This document shows positions 35,943 through 50,767 of a stretch of DNA of 64,000 nucleotides, piece after piece. The notes under the pieces were generated by a model. The model was given only the letters and a program-made list of their open reading frames with translations, searched no databases and was not told the DNA's origin. The stretch is taken from assembly GCF_006345805.1 (NCBI RefSeq), contig NC_043000.1:142600001-142664000 (forward strand). Direction: 5' to 3'. This DNA is from Octopus sinensis. Its lineage: Eukaryota. The position numbers were made by a program, and so were the translations under genes. Position 1 is the stretch's first letter, and each line of letters starts with the position of its first letter.

Positions 35943-36582
35943 GGCGGCGAGCTGGCAGAAACGTTAGCACGCCAGGCGAAATACTTAGTATTTCGTCTGT
36001 GGCTACGTTCCGAGTTCAAATTCCGCCGAGGTCGACTTTGCCTTTCAACCTTTCGAGGTCGATTAAATAAGTACCAGTTACGCACTGGAGTCGATATAAT
36101 CGACTAAATTCGTTTGTCTGTCCTTGTTTGTCCTCTCTATGTTTAGCCCCTTGTGGGTAGTAAAGAAACAGGTATTTCGTCTGCCGCTACATTCTGAGTT
36201 GAAATTCCGCCGAGTTCGACTTTGCCTTTCATCCTTTCGGGGTCGATAAATTAAGTCCCAGTTACGTACTGGGGTAGATGTAATCGATTTAACCTCTTTC
36301 TCTGTCCCTGTTTGTCTCCTCTGTGCTTAGCCCCTTGTGGACAGTAAAGAAATAAGAATCGTTAGCACACCAGGACGAGCTGGTAGAATCGTTGGCACGC
36401 TTAGCAGCTTTTCGTCCGTCTTTGCGTTTTGAGTTCAAATTCTGCCGAGGTCTATTTTACTTTTCATCCTTTCGGGGAGGACAAAATGAGTATCATTCGA
36501 ATGCTGGGGTCGATGTAATCGACTAACCACTCCCATCCCCACTCGAAAGTCTTCGCCTTGTACCCAAATTTGAAAACATTAT
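35943..36582 (+). mobile_element. SINE-A array (two Tx1-like tails, three bodies)
   Basis: Tails end at 36170 and 36354, each followed by more SINE-A sequence. Confidence 0.85.
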
Positions 36583-36971
36583 TAATATTTTATATAAATG
36601 CATAAGTGCAAACTAAGCAAACTCGCTCCCATTGTGTTTAGATGATAATTCAATATGAAATTCTTTGAATACTAGCAAAACTAATATATTATGGAGTAGG
36701 AAGTAGATCTGAAGAAAATGATATTCCATTTATCTTTTGTGAGTTCAGCACATGCAGTTCTAAGCACAAGTACAAATCTTATAATATTATATATTAGGAG
36801 AGTGCTAATAGAAAATATCATCGATTAAGATTCGTTTCTTCCTAGTTACTTCTATCTACATTCATAGACATATACACGTACAAAATGGCAGTCTATACCA
36901 ATACAACATATGTCTTATGACTAAAACAATTAAAATTTTCTGATATTTTCAAAGAGCAATTCGGAGCTTAT

Positions 36972-37385
36972 TACTCTTTTGCTCTTTTACTCTTTTACTT
37001 GTTTCAATCATTTGACTGCGGCCATGCTGGAGCACCGCTTTTAGTCGAGCAAATCGACCCAGCGACTTATTCTTTGTAAGCCCAGTACTTATTCTATCGG
37101 TCTCTTGTGCTAAGTGACGGGGACGTAAACACACCAGCATCGGTTGTCAAGCAATGCTAGGGGGACAAACACACACATACAAACATATACACGCACACAT
37201 ATATATTTATATATACATATATACGACAGGCTTCTTTCAGTTTCCGCCTACCAAATCCACTCACAAGGCATTGGTAAGCCCGGGGCTATAGCAGAAGACA
37301 CTTGCCCAAGATGCCACGCAGTGGACTGAACCCGGAACCATGTGGTTGGTTAGCAAGCTACTTACCACACAGCCACTCCTGCGCC
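36972..37385 (-). mobile_element. SINE-B
   Basis: Full-length consensus match. Confidence 0.92.
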
Positions 37386-37439
37386 TATTACCTTTCTAAA
37401 AGAAAGAAAAATGAAGATTCCTTTAACATAAACATCACA

Positions 37440-37482
<43 letters not shown>

Positions 37483-38717
37483 GCGCACGTGATGTGTTTC
37501 AATGACTTCATATCTCAAAGGCTAGGATCTGTTTATCTCAACAATTTTCAACGTATTTAAAGAAGCAAACATTAAAAAATATCAAAAGACTATAAATGCT
37601 GTGGTTCCCTAGCTGGGCATTCAACCAGTGAACATAACCATAATCTAATTACTAGATTCATTTATTTTCTTAATGTTTCACAAATATTGTTAAGGCAGCA
37701 TTTTGGTGTGACTTATTACTCTTTTGTTGCAATTAATTTTGAACACCATTACACAACCACATATACGTATATAAATATATATACACATGTATGTGTGTAT
37801 GTATGTATGTATAGATGGATGGATAGATAGATAGGTAGATAGATAGATGATATATACGCATTCAGTTTTTGTCTGAGTGCTTCAGTACCAAGGATTACCT
37901 AATACGAAAACAGTAATATTGATTACAAGGTCAATGCTTTAATAGAGATAAGATCTGGATATTTTCGAGTTGATCGGATATTTTATAGTGCTGATATTCA
38001 TGTCATCAACTTCGACAAATAAAAGGTAACGTCAAATCCAATGTACTTTGATGTCAAAGCACAAAGGAAGAAAATTAAATAGTATAATTCATTTACTTTT
38101 GTCCTTGTATATATCTACCATCTCGCTATACTCTGCAAGCTATTACTATTGATTTCTGACATAGAACATTTGATCAAAGATATAAATTTCCAAGAGTAAA
38201 TCCAAGTCGATTGAATAGAATCTTTTATCCAAAAAGTGACTCAAATTATGTAATATCACTATAGTTACACTCCTTATAACACTATAATGCCATAATTCTC
38301 TAGACTTCTAGATTTCAATATGTAATTTCTACACCTTTATTTTTCTAGTATTTTTCTAGTCATCTCCAATTTTTTTCAGTGGTATTTTCCCATAGTTAAC
38401 CCTGTTAAGCCGCGTCTTAGAAACGAGCAAAACCTCCTCTGCTATACGCACTATGGTTTCATTCGATCAGGTTCGGGCAAGCTTTTCATTCTGTGCAGTT
38501 TCAACCACGAAGGTTCTAAAAATTGCTGTATCCTATAAATGACATCAATAAAACCAATATCTCTTGATATGTTCCGTTTCTTTTGTCTACTGAGTCTACC
38601 AGTAACCCAAATTATATTAAGTGTTTTCAACATATTTCAGGTTTATTGTTCTAAAGTCTAACACAATATTTTTTTATAAAGGTTTCAATATTTTATTGTG
38701 GGTTGACTTCCTCATGA

Positions 38718-38786
<69 letters not shown>

Positions 38787-39639
38787 TATATAATATATAT
38801 ATATCAAATCGAATGATAAAATGCATTTACAAGAGCATGCTGTTCAGTCACTGAATAATTATAAATATACCGTTATCTGAAGACTATACACCGCTAATAA
38901 CAATATTAAAATCATTGTTGCAAGATGTTGTAAAATATTTTATAGTTTCACATAGAAAGAGAAAAGTATTCAAAATATAATTAGATATTATAAGCATTAG
39001 TTTGAGACAGAAAAACGCATTAAGTCTGTTTCCCTTCTCCATTACAAGTTGTTGCTTACAATGTATCATAAGATTTTACGCAAGAAAAGTAAATTCAACA
39101 GTTTATTCATAAATAATATAATATTCGTTTCATACATTTCTAGTGAAATATTGCAGTAAAATAAAAATTAATTAGTTCATCATTTAATACAACTTTTTTT
39201 GAAAAATCATAAGGAAAATAACATTTTGACGCCATTTCGGGAAAACATTAATTGTATAACATTTTCAATAATCCGGCTTATTGTCTGATTTTATCATATA
39301 CAGCCGTAAATATTTAACAAAATACGTTTTTTGAATTACTCTTTCAATCCTCCCAACGGCCACAAATTTCGCACACAAACGAGATGTTGTCCCGATGTTA
39401 TGGAAAGTGACTTTAGCTCAATATGTCATGCCGTGGAGCCGAACTCAAAACATCATGATTAGAAAATCCGTCTGAATCCTTCTATTATAGCGTTCCCTTA
39501 TAACAATTAAAATCCCCAAAACAGACACATTTCCAAGTTTGCTCATGTAAACCCCACAAAAGACCACGATTGCCCCGATCTCTATGACAAGTGCCCACTG
39601 CACTTTATCTACACTCGATCTAGAAGCGATGCTTAGAAT

Positions 39640-41760
39640 AAGCCCGTTCAGAAGGGCCATTCATGTTACATTTACCCACCTCCTTCCCCTCACATACTTT
39701 TTCAAGTAAAACTTCAAAGAATTTATTGAGAGCTTGGCTAAAGAGGCAAGTGTCTATCTTCAGTCCTTTAAACCTGCAACACCACACAACCTCTTTCACT
39801 AAGTTTACCAGACAAAGAAACAGTGTCTGCCCCTTCCCAGTCAATACATACAGAGGAAACGAAAGTGGACACACTTGGCGAACCGAATGTATGCATGATA
39901 TCGAAAGGTTTCAATAGGTAACCATTCACCCAAACTACCGCGAAGATTTTGCTGTACATTGCAAGGACCCAGCCCAGGAAAACGTTACTGAAACCGGCCG
40001 CCTTAAGAACGGCCGCCATGTATTAGTAGTCGACGCTAACAAAGGTTTTAGAGTGATTCACATTGATCAAAGGCCCACCCATGGCAGTATCTTTACCCAC
40101 TCTGTGTAAGATGCATCGCATGAAGTGGAGGTTCTCGTGGATGTATCTGCTAGTGATTGCGTATGTTTGCGTATGACCAATCAGTTCCCCGACGACAAAC
40201 ACTAACTTCTTTCAAAATTTTGAAATATGTGCTCAGCAGCTTTATGGGTCTAACATTTTCTATTTCATGCCCCTTGCTTGGAACCTTTCTCATCAGTGCC
40301 ACCGCTGCTCGACTCACAGAATTAGAAATTTTCCTGTTCTGTTACCACCTGTGGTAGATATCGACTAAAAAGCCACGAAACAAGTCTAGCATATAAAAGC
40401 AAAACTCGTAGGACACACCATAAAAACCGGGCTAAACAACCCATGATCGCATCCCGTATTTCCGCGGCTTTTATCGGCATTTCGCAACACCCCGACCCCT
40501 TGCCTAAAGTCGTGGTATGCTGACAAGGTAGGCACTGAAATTCATCCGGCATTCCAGACTGCCATTTGTCTCAAAAAGTTCAGCAAATTGAAATGCTGTA
40601 CAGTTCTTCTCGTACTCGAGTACTATGCCCCTATCTTGGCCTCCTAAGACCGAATTGTGGCTTTGTTTCCATATTGCACTTCTACCACCCTGTTCTATCG
40701 AGCAACGTTCGTTCCTTTTTGTCTAAGTGCACTCACCATAGCTCTGATAGGGAAACCTTCTCGTTTGGCAATCAAAGATTGGCCCAGGGTTAATCCTGCG
40801 GCCAGCACGTCGGTTTCAATACCCTACCTGAGCGCCTCTTTTAAGTTTCTGATAACTCGACTTTTTATTTATATGTATCACTAATATTTTATTAGACATA
40901 ACTAAATCTACTCCAATTGCTCTTTTAAGAGCGTGCCACCATCTTTTGTTGACGATTCTTCCTATCAACACCCGCTTAACTGAGTATGTGATCCTGTCAC
41001 TGGAAGTTTGGCCTGCAGGGAGTGACGCGTGCAGCTTCCAGTAACTGGGTTCCTGCCTTCTAAGCCCGGTCGAACATACAGGTCACAAAATTATGGTCTG
41101 TGTAGCAGATCAGTTTAAAAACTAGACAACTTATATTATCTTTAGCTACTGGCCTGCAGAATACTCTGTCTAGATACGACCGGGATGACCCAATGTGATT
41201 CGTACACCTCCACATTGGTACATTTAGGAAATCCAATCGTATCTCCCAGACAGCTGGAAATGTCTCAGCAGATTTGCAAATCTTTTACAACCCTCTTTTC
41301 TATATGCTGGCCCACACAGTCCAAGACTGACACTAACATGACATTCCGATCGCCGACCAACCCTAAAGGTGGAGACATTCCAAGGAAGACCTCCAGACGT
41401 GGTTATCTGGAGATATGAGGTTATCCTGCTCCTGTCGGAGCATAAACAGCCACCAGTCTGACGGAACCCCCATCACTACTGTTCACATCCAGGACCACCA
41501 ACTTAACGTTTGGGTTCAGGGAGATAGTCATCCTTGTCCTGACCTCGCCAGAACAACACCGAAGTTCCACCTCCCTCTACCGTTGGATATGGACATAAAG
41601 AAATCTTGTAGCCACGGAAAATGGTCATATACTCCTGTCGGTCGGACACTCTGTTTTCACTAATAGACACTACATCTATACTCAGTAGAATAGTGTAGAT
41701 GGGTGTTGAGTAGATGGTCTTCTTACCGTTTATACTGCCTGTCCGAAGCAAGGCCATGTT
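39640..41760 (-). pseudogene. Degraded Tx1-clade ORF2 (endonuclease, partial RT, C-terminus; internal deletions)
   Basis: MALLRTGSIN...SIDVVSISE (EN), YMAAVLKAAGF...VNGYL..PFDI and SVRQVCPLS.PLYVLT (RT), KEVVWCCRFKGLKIDT (C-terminus). Confidence 0.8.
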
Positions 41761-42790
41761 TGAATAAGGAATAGATGCGGTAAAAGCTACTTAAAGTGTT
41801 TTTGTTTACTATGTGGAGATGGATGTTCCGTTCCCATGGCTATTTGCGGATGATTCCAAGAGGCGCTCTTTTTACAGGTGTTTGTTGATATTTCCTCAGA
41901 AAACCCCCTATACCTTCAGGATATTTAGTTTCAATCGTGTTGTATGTGTTTTGTTATGTTAGGGTGACTTTTATATGAGTTGCTGTGTTGTTTGTTAGTC
42001 TGATGTCTGTAGGGTTATATATGTGTTCTAATAGTTTACTATTGTGTAGTTAATAGTTAATAATATTTGAATTTTGCTGGTGTTCGGGTATGCAATCTGA
42101 GAGCAGTGTGTATGAATTAGGTTATGCTTTTGATAGCGGTATCTGTGATAGTGCTAATGGGTATGATGTTGTTGACTGTACTGCTGTGGCTGCTGTTGGT
42201 GATGGTTTTTGTATATTTTTTCTTAATTATATTCCCCCTTCTGATCAAACCTGCCAGTCCTTATGTTTACGTCACTATGTTTTTATTTATTTTTCTTTTG
42301 TCAGATCTGCCGCCTTTTTGCCATTTAGGCTCTTCGTCGTCTCCGTCACCGCAGGATATATCTGACTGCTCTGAACACGGAAAGGAGATCCGGGAAGGCC
42401 TCGATGCTTTGTTGATCCTTCTGTATTAATAACTGCATACCTTGTCCTAACTAGTTCTGCTTCTTTATTCTCTGCGTTCACAGGAACATTCGTTGCAACA
42501 TTTCTCCCACATTTTTCCTATATATATTTTGCACTAATGAATTCATTTTCGTTTACAAAAATGTTTTCACTTATTTGCTTTGTCGCTTCGGCAAAATCGC
42601 CGGCAGCGGAATTGCATGGTTCATTTACTTTGTTTTTTTTTTTTGCTAATGATGTTGCTGTTGTTGTTGTTGGTGGTGGTGGTGGTAGTGGTGGCGGTGA
42701 CAGCGTGTGTGTGTGTGCTTCATGTAATAATAACAGCAACAAAAGACAACAACAACATAAACAACAACAACAACAATAATAATAATAAAT

Positions 42791-43390
42791 GCCCTGATGC
42801 AGTACCAGATAAGGGCTCGCATGGCTTCTGAATGATCTGATGCAGTACCAGGCAGTGGTTCACATGGTTTCTCATCTTAACTGATTGAAAGTGTTATCAT
42901 GTACATTGTTTTGTCTCGGTATAAAAGATGGGCTATAGAAAATATTCTGCTCAATACCACAGATTTGCTTGTCAGTTGTTTGACCGTAAACATTTGAGCA
43001 TGTCCCTAGTGGTTGACGATATGTGCATCTCTGATCACGAGCATAAGCAGTTAGGGAGCATTATAGCCATGTGTTGAGAGGGATCCTTTGGGGTTTGTAT
43101 AATTCACCTCTGAAAACATGGGTGGTTCGTTCAACATCCTTAAACAACCCTTATTCAGGGACCTTTTGAGCAGGATGGGCTACACGACGAGAAGAATATT
43201 CTAACTGGGCTCCACCTGCAAGTCATGTGCTGTTTATTTTGATATGAGATCACCATTTCACGCACATATGGTTGTGATGCATGTACCTGGTGTACCCTTA
43301 TCAGATGGGTAGTCATGGTGGGTATACTGGGCTTCGTATATTTTACCCCAGTGTCAGTTTGATGGCATACCCTGCTCTCTCACTCAATAA
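42791..43390 (+). mobile_element. Non-autonomous retroposon family E with (AAT)n tail
   Basis: Ends CTCTCTCACTCAATAATAAT; related copies at 3535-4100 and ~58140-58262 (minus). Confidence 0.7.
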
Positions 43391-43437
43391 TAATAATAAT
43401 AATAATAATGATGATGATGATAATAATAATAATAATC

Positions 43438-43632
43438 CGTTCTATTATAGGCAAAATGCATGAAATGTAGTGGGAGGGTTCCAGTTGATTAGATCGACCC
43501 TAGTACTTAGGTAGTACTTAATTTATCAGCCTCGAAAGGATGAAATGCTAAGTCGACCTCGGCGGGATTTGAACTCAGAACGTAAGGACGGACGAAATGC
43601 CGCAAAGCATTCCACCCGGCGTCTTAACGAAA
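43438..43632 (-). mobile_element. Diverged SINE-A
   Basis: GTCGACCTCGGCGGGATTTGAACTCAGAACG body. Confidence 0.8.
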
Positions 43633-43747
43633 ATAATGATAATATTAACAATAACAACTATAATGATAATAATAACAACAATAACAATAACAACTATAAT
43701 AATAATAATAATAATATAATAATAATAATAATAACAACAATAACAAC

Positions 43748-43794
<47 letters not shown>

Positions 43795-43825
43795 TAACAA
43801 CTATAATAATGATAATAATAATAAT

Positions 43826-43862
<37 letters not shown>

Positions 43863-43875
43863 TAATAATAATAGC
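43630..43875. repeat. (AAT)n/(AAC)n microsatellite
   Basis: Directly visible. Confidence 0.95.
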
Positions 43876-45721
43876 AACAGCAAGCGTATGAACAACAACT
43901 ATCATACCATCTTTTATAATTCGCTTTCATAGAAAGAAGTTGAATTTCTTGGATAAACATTTGTTAAATCGTATGGGAGTCGTTGAAACTCTAAATACTC
44001 AATATCAGTACAGAGTATTTCTGCTAATAAAAAAATTGCTTTCATGGATAGAAATATTCAGCAATACCAGCATCTACTTAATATTTTTTGTGCATAATAT
44101 TTTTATAGATAGTAATGCATCTCTAATTGGCATTGTCATAGTTCATATTTGGTTAGCAATCGAAACATTACAGTATATATGCGTGTGTGTGTGTGTGTGT
44201 GTGTGTTTGTATATGTATTTATGATATATATTCGTGCATATACATGTATGTATGTGTGTGTGTATACATATATGTATTGATCGAATAAATGAATGCATAT
44301 CATTTAGTTTTGTACTTATAAGAATTATATGTTGCTAAATAAAGATCTCTTGAGGAAAAATGCAATATCACTGTGTATAGAAACGTATAAATCCACAACA
44401 AAGGATACTTTCTTTAAACTCTTTTATATTACCTCTAGGTTTTGCAGAAAACACAATACGAAGCACGATGAATTAGTCGATAACAGTATTTCCCACAATT
44501 TAATCGTTCCTATTCTGATTGTTTTTTTGTTTTTTTTATTCGTTTTCATTTTTACGACTTTTAAACCAACCATTAATATTTTTCTGTTCGGGGCATGTTT
44601 TTCAAATTCTTAGATTGGCAGAAGTAGAATTCATTTTACTTGATGTTCTTGATGTTGACATACACTTTTGGCATCTGATGTCACACTTATTCAAAACTTT
44701 TGACAAGCAAGGAAGAGAAGATGGGAAGATTTGCCATAGAGATAAACACCCCAAGCTCACACGCATATTCTCAACAAAAGGATTTCAACTAATTTATTCT
44801 AGTGTTTTAAAATATTGTCAATTACTTCACAATGGCATATTGGGAGCACGTCTCTTACATCATTTAAGCATAATACTAATTGCGTTTGAATCGAAGTCCA
44901 AAGAGATTTAGAAGGGCGCGATGTCAGTGTTAATTTTTATGACGAAGCAACGTGACATCCATTTAGTTTGGCGCTGTCCGCTTAATAACATTGCATTTAT
45001 TGCATTTTCATATAGTATTAACGCATGTCGAAGAGGATCCGTTAGTGACGCACATGCTGACAGTTAACGAAGTAATTTTGTGGGCTGATGCTTTAGAAAA
45101 CTATATGAATATTGAATACATTGGCACGATTCTGTTTAGTCTTAATCTTCCTTTTTCTACCAATCAATTAATGTCAACCATTAGGGAACTTAACGCTTTG
45201 CTCTGAACCATTGTCGCTATTGTAATTAATAAATATTTCATACTATTCTCACTTTGTTCCCAGTATATACATACATACGTACATACATACAAAGTTACAT
45301 TCATATATAGATACATACCAGCAGTTATACATACATGCATGCATACATACATACTGTATATATACATGTAAGCGTGTTCATGTGGGTGAGTGTGCGTGTG
45401 TAAGGTAATATTTATCTCCCACTTAAAGTGGATGCTTTGTTAGAACACTGAATCCTGCGTTATTTACCATGACAGGACCTGATATGGCTCGTGGTTCTTA
45501 AAAGCACTCGAGTTTACATCCTTGACGGGCAAAAACCGGCCGGTGCTGAAACGGCTATATTTTAGGGTCTTTTTTTCTATGGTATAGAAATACCAAAATA
45601 GTGCATTGCGATAGAGCTCAGTTGCCCGACGAATATAAATGTTTCATGTATAAATAGAGCAAAAGAGAATATCTAAGTTACATTAATGAGAAACTTATAA
45701 CTAATATATGCAGATTATAGA

Positions 45722-45935
<214 letters not shown>

Positions 45936-45987
45936 AGTAGCATCCACCCTTAGGGGTTAGCCATATTCAAATGGCAAATATACGTCA

Positions 45988-46056
<69 letters not shown>

Positions 46057-46854
46057 TTCTGTCATAGATGCACTTGCCAAATATAACAACAAAATTGCCA
46101 AGATATGCTGGCGGTTCTTGAAGAAATAGCAAGCAAACTAATTACCATCCTCCGAATGCAATCGGATAGTGATATTGGGAAAATTTGCAAGAAATATTCC
46201 GTGTATTCTCTGTTATTTTTACTAGATTGAACCTAGACTCCCAGTCAGAGGTACATAACGAATGAACACACGTAAACATAAACGGTTAAAAAGAACTCAC
46301 AAGCGCCCGTACTAAATACATGGGTGCAAGTTTTTCTACACACATTCCAACACATCTGCACTATAGCTGTTTCACATAAACGCTAAGTGATATCTTCATT
46401 GATGTAAGCGATCTTCGTGCCTTTCTATGAAACGATCTTTAATTCAGCATAGAATATAATACTTAAATCACAAAGAAAATATACTTATACATCTATTCAT
46501 ACACACTTGTCTTTTTTTCTCTTGGCGATTTGGATAAACATCACTTCAAACTTAATCAATTGTGTATCTTCATTACGTAGGTATATGAATAATGTTGTTT
46601 ATTCAAGCGAAATAATTATGAATTATATATAAAATTTATATATTTTTGAATTTTCTTCTAAATATATTGCTTTCAACGTTGGTTTCAGTCGATTCTGTGT
46701 ATACATGTTAGGCTTGCTCTACTGAGATTTATTGGATTATAGAATGTGTTAGAATTTAAAATGTTGTAACTAATTGTACTCGTAATTACCGTGGATATAT
46801 CTTTTGCTGCTTCTGCAGCAATTTTCTACACATAACAGACAGTATGATAGCGTT

Positions 46855-46980
46855 ACCGGACTAGTTATATTTGATTTTAAAAAATAGCTTACTTACCTAA
46901 GTTTTAACGTCATCGCCTTCGAAATAGTCCCCTTACGCAGTAATACACCGGTTCTAACCTTGCTGCCACATTTGGAATCC
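46855..46980 (-). pseudogene. Mariner transposase 3' relic
   Basis: FQMWQQG*NRCITA*GDYFEGD. Confidence 0.65.
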
Positions 46981-47529
46981 GGCGTATATTAGTGCATACA
47001 TGAATATGTCTGATGCCTATGTGTGTGTATCTGCTATGCATATGCGTGGCGAGGTGTGGATGTGTGTAAGCTGGCGTGTGGGTAGGAGCTAATCGTATCT
47101 ACTGTCAATGCTAATGTTATTGTTGCACAACAAAATGAAGTTTTAGGAAATGCTCAAAAGGTTATGAATATAATAATACTTCGGGCTACAATATAAAATC
47201 TAATGAATTAAAACAGTTTAGGAGGGAATGTCAATCAAAATAGGAGATGAAAACAAATCTTGTCAACATACAAGATTACGTCAACAACGTGGTGTCTGAG
47301 ATCGTCATACTTATAGAGAAGGAATATGAGATCGTAACGGAAATACGCATTAAAAAGATAAAGAGAGTAGACTTAGTTTAGCACATGACGAGGCAAATCT
47401 GTGCCCACCATATTTTGCTAGATCAAAGGCGCTTTCATGGGCCGTGGTGTATGATTAGTACAATATATCCACGCAGATAAAAAGAGTATCCAGGTAGATG
47501 TAGACGTGTCTGCGCATGAGATGGCTATA

Positions 47530-48280
47530 TGCATTTACAATTAGACTGACAAGAAGCTATCTCTGAAATACCAAGCAGAGGTAGCAAATGTCGACATCAA
47601 TGCCGTTATCTATTAAGGTCTCGGTGCTGTTGTTGTCTTTTTTTGTCCCAGATTTTATCAGGTCAAGCTTGAGCGTCTAAGTTTCACGTTTTGTGGAAGG
47701 GACCTGTTTCACTTTTCAAGATAATCACACGTAAAACTTGCTGGTGGTCTCATCACTTGCCGATAATGAATTATGGTATGCAGTCATAGAGTGAAGGTAA
47801 TCTTTTGAAAAGATTTCTGTATAGTGAGAAAGTGTAAGGCATAGTTTTACCGCAGCTCCATCAATAAGAAGAACTGCGGTGCCAGTCCACTGAATATATG
47901 TCATCTGACTTTACTACTACTAGATAACGCAGTAAGCGGCTCTAACCCTAGTGACCTATACATGTTTAATAGCGATGAAGAGCGAATATGCCCTCAAGGG
48001 AACTCTTGCGTCGACAAAGTTCAACTGAACAGTCTTCACAGGAGAACTTTCAGTCAGAAGACTAAAGAGAATATAAGGTATCCCAACCTCACAGTAAAAG
48101 TGGGGTGATAAATGAGGGGTGAGACACTACATTTACTGTTCTGGATAAAATGTACAAGGAAAATTATTATGTCAGATGCGTGGCTGAAGACCCGCAAAAC
48201 GCTTCTGCATGCCCTCATTCAATGCCCGAACGTTTCAGATAAGTGGAGTAATGTCGGACAGTTCTCGCTGTTTATAAGAT
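47530..48280 (+). pseudogene. Tx1-clade ORF2 relics (post-RT region and C-terminal finger)
   Basis: DKKLSLKYQAEVANV...; TLLHALIQCPNVSDKW matches TVLHALVQCPTISDLW in the 50768 copy. Confidence 0.6.
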
Positions 48281-48289
48281 AGATACTAT

Positions 48290-48545
48290 TCTCAGCTGCG
48301 TCCGTTATGTTCATGCTTCACCGGATTCTTTTGGTCTAGAAGGCTAGACAGGTTCCCTTTACCTGGTCCCATAACGAATGAGGGCGTATATGAGGAAGTA
48401 TTGAACAGACGAAGACATACACTTTCGGCCAAGCTATCATTGATTCCCGCAAGTTCTATGAGGAGGATGAATAGCAGCCGTCTGATTAGTTTACTAAAAG
48501 CGGTTGAGATCCGTGTAAATGACCTGAGTGAATGACCTTGCAATC
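48290..48545 (-). pseudogene. Tx1-clade endonuclease C-terminal relic
   Basis: GPGKGNLSSLLDQK resembles the GPGYWKLNxSLL motif. Confidence 0.45.
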
Positions 48546-48619
48546 AACAAGTAAGCCAAAGAATACAGTTGGGAGATGGAGCTCACAGAATTTAGTAGTC
48601 AGTTTAATTATGATGGCTT

Positions 48620-48905
48620 TTTGAATAGTTTTCCTATTATGATGTCTCTTGTGAAAGGTAGGAGAGTCCAGTTTGCTGGACATTGTTGTAGTGCTGAAAA
48701 AGAAGTAATTTCTACTCTTCTCCTCTGGAAGCCATCTACTCTCAATACCAGAGGGCGCACACTCTCCTACCCTGATGTAATCTCCAGGGATACAGGCATC
48801 CAGCAACAGGACCTCCGTAATGCCATGATGGACCGTGAAGTCAGGCGTAGCATGGTAAATTCCATTGTCTCGACCACGGTCGAACAATGATGATGATGAT
48901 GATGT
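48620..48905 (+). mobile_element. RTE-clade LINE 3' end
   Basis: RRVQFAGHC...LLLWKP...RGRTLSYPDV...AMMDREV, stop, then (TGA)n tail. Confidence 0.8.
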
Positions 48906-49380
48906 CTCATCTACTGTATTTTATATTAGTTTGCTTTTCATGTCTTTTGTCTTTGTAAAAAACCTTCATTGATTATTTTCTGTAATTTTTCCTGAGAGTT
49001 ACCTCACATCTGTCAAAACCCGCGGCAAATATCAATATCATTATTGTTAACCTCCTCCTCCACTACCACCACCACTACCACGACAACAACAACAACAACA
49101 ACCAACACCGCCCCCTCATCATCATAATCATCACTGTTGTGTCACCTATGACTGGATTCTAACTATCACCCTTAAGCATATGACTTGCAATATTTATTTT
49201 CCACAAACCTTGTGAGCTGCTTATTTTTTGCTGAAACATTGGAAATATGTAGAAAGTGAGAAATGTCATATGCCTCAGTCAACCTGTATACATACTCATA
49301 TATGTTGAATGCACATACTTGCAAAATATGTACACAAAAAAGAAGCGACTCGAAGAAAATTACAAATAATTGCACTGCAC

Positions 49381-49559
<179 letters not shown>

Positions 49560-49695
49560 AAACAAAGCAAGAAGGAACGAAAGACTATATGCATAACTCC
49601 GATTACACGAAAAGCATGTCAGCCAATCCGAAATCTTTTTTTCTGTTCAGCTCCTTGTCTTTGCTGCATCCATTTTCCACCGCACATACACGCCA

Positions 49696-49766
<71 letters not shown>

Positions 49767-50224
49767 TTCTTTCTTTCTTTTTTCCACGCTCTCTCCGCAA
49801 CTTAATTGAGTGTAGTGTGTTGGAATGTACTTCATGTTTAAGGCGCTTCTTTATGTTTTTGATCTTTTATGAAAGCCAAGCAATCCAAATTATTAAACGG
49901 TAAGTTAAGGATTGGCACTAGATTGCAGCAATGCTAGCTTTGAAATCCTCCTTTTGTCACAACGTACACGGCATTTCAAATACATAATCACAATATTTAT
50001 TTTCTTAGATTTGTTCCGTTCTCATTTCATCTCTTTCAACTATTCCTAGATATAGTAACATCCGGAATTCTAGGAAACAGCTCATTGTCTGCGCTGGCAA
50101 CAATTGCTCTAAAGGAAAGTTCATAGAAAACTTCTATCATTTCAGTTTGGGTGGGGAGTGAATAACCTAACCTTTCGAACCCAGAGCCAAAGCAACGAAA
50201 TTACTATCTCTATCTATCAATTTA

Positions 50225-50309
<85 letters not shown>

Positions 50310-50321
50310 TTATCTATCTAT

Positions 50322-50530
50322 CGCCATGTTGATTCGCTAGCTTCTGCACGCATTTTTTTTCTCTCCTTGTTTCTCTCCGTGTTTCTTTTCTGTGTATCTT
50401 TCTGTTGAAGAGCGTAGGCTCGAAACGTAAAATACTTGTTTTATTTATATTCCTGAGCGCCATACTAATACAATTGTTTGTTTGTATTCCACCTGCCTTC
50501 GTCTTTTGTTTATTTTCATAAAGCTTCCCG
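50322..50530 (+). mobile_element. Second hammerhead-bearing (Penelope-like) repeat within (ATCT)n
   Basis: TCTTT-CTGTTGA-A-GAGC-GTAG-GCTC-GAA-ACGT-A-AAATA at 50397-50434; second copy at 29735-29929. Confidence 0.6.
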
Positions 50531-50585
<55 letters not shown>

Positions 50586-50604
50586 CTCTTCTATCTATCT
50601 ATCG

Positions 50605-50648
<44 letters not shown>

Positions 50649-50674
50649 GTTATCTATCTATCTATCTATCTATT

Positions 50675-50750
<76 letters not shown>

Positions 50751-50767
50751 ATCTATCTATTACTCAT

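Noticed and set aside
44519-44911. 130-aa ORF on plus and ~60-aa open frame on minus
   Set aside because: No recognisable domain, start context or convincing splice sites; compatible with chance in this composition.
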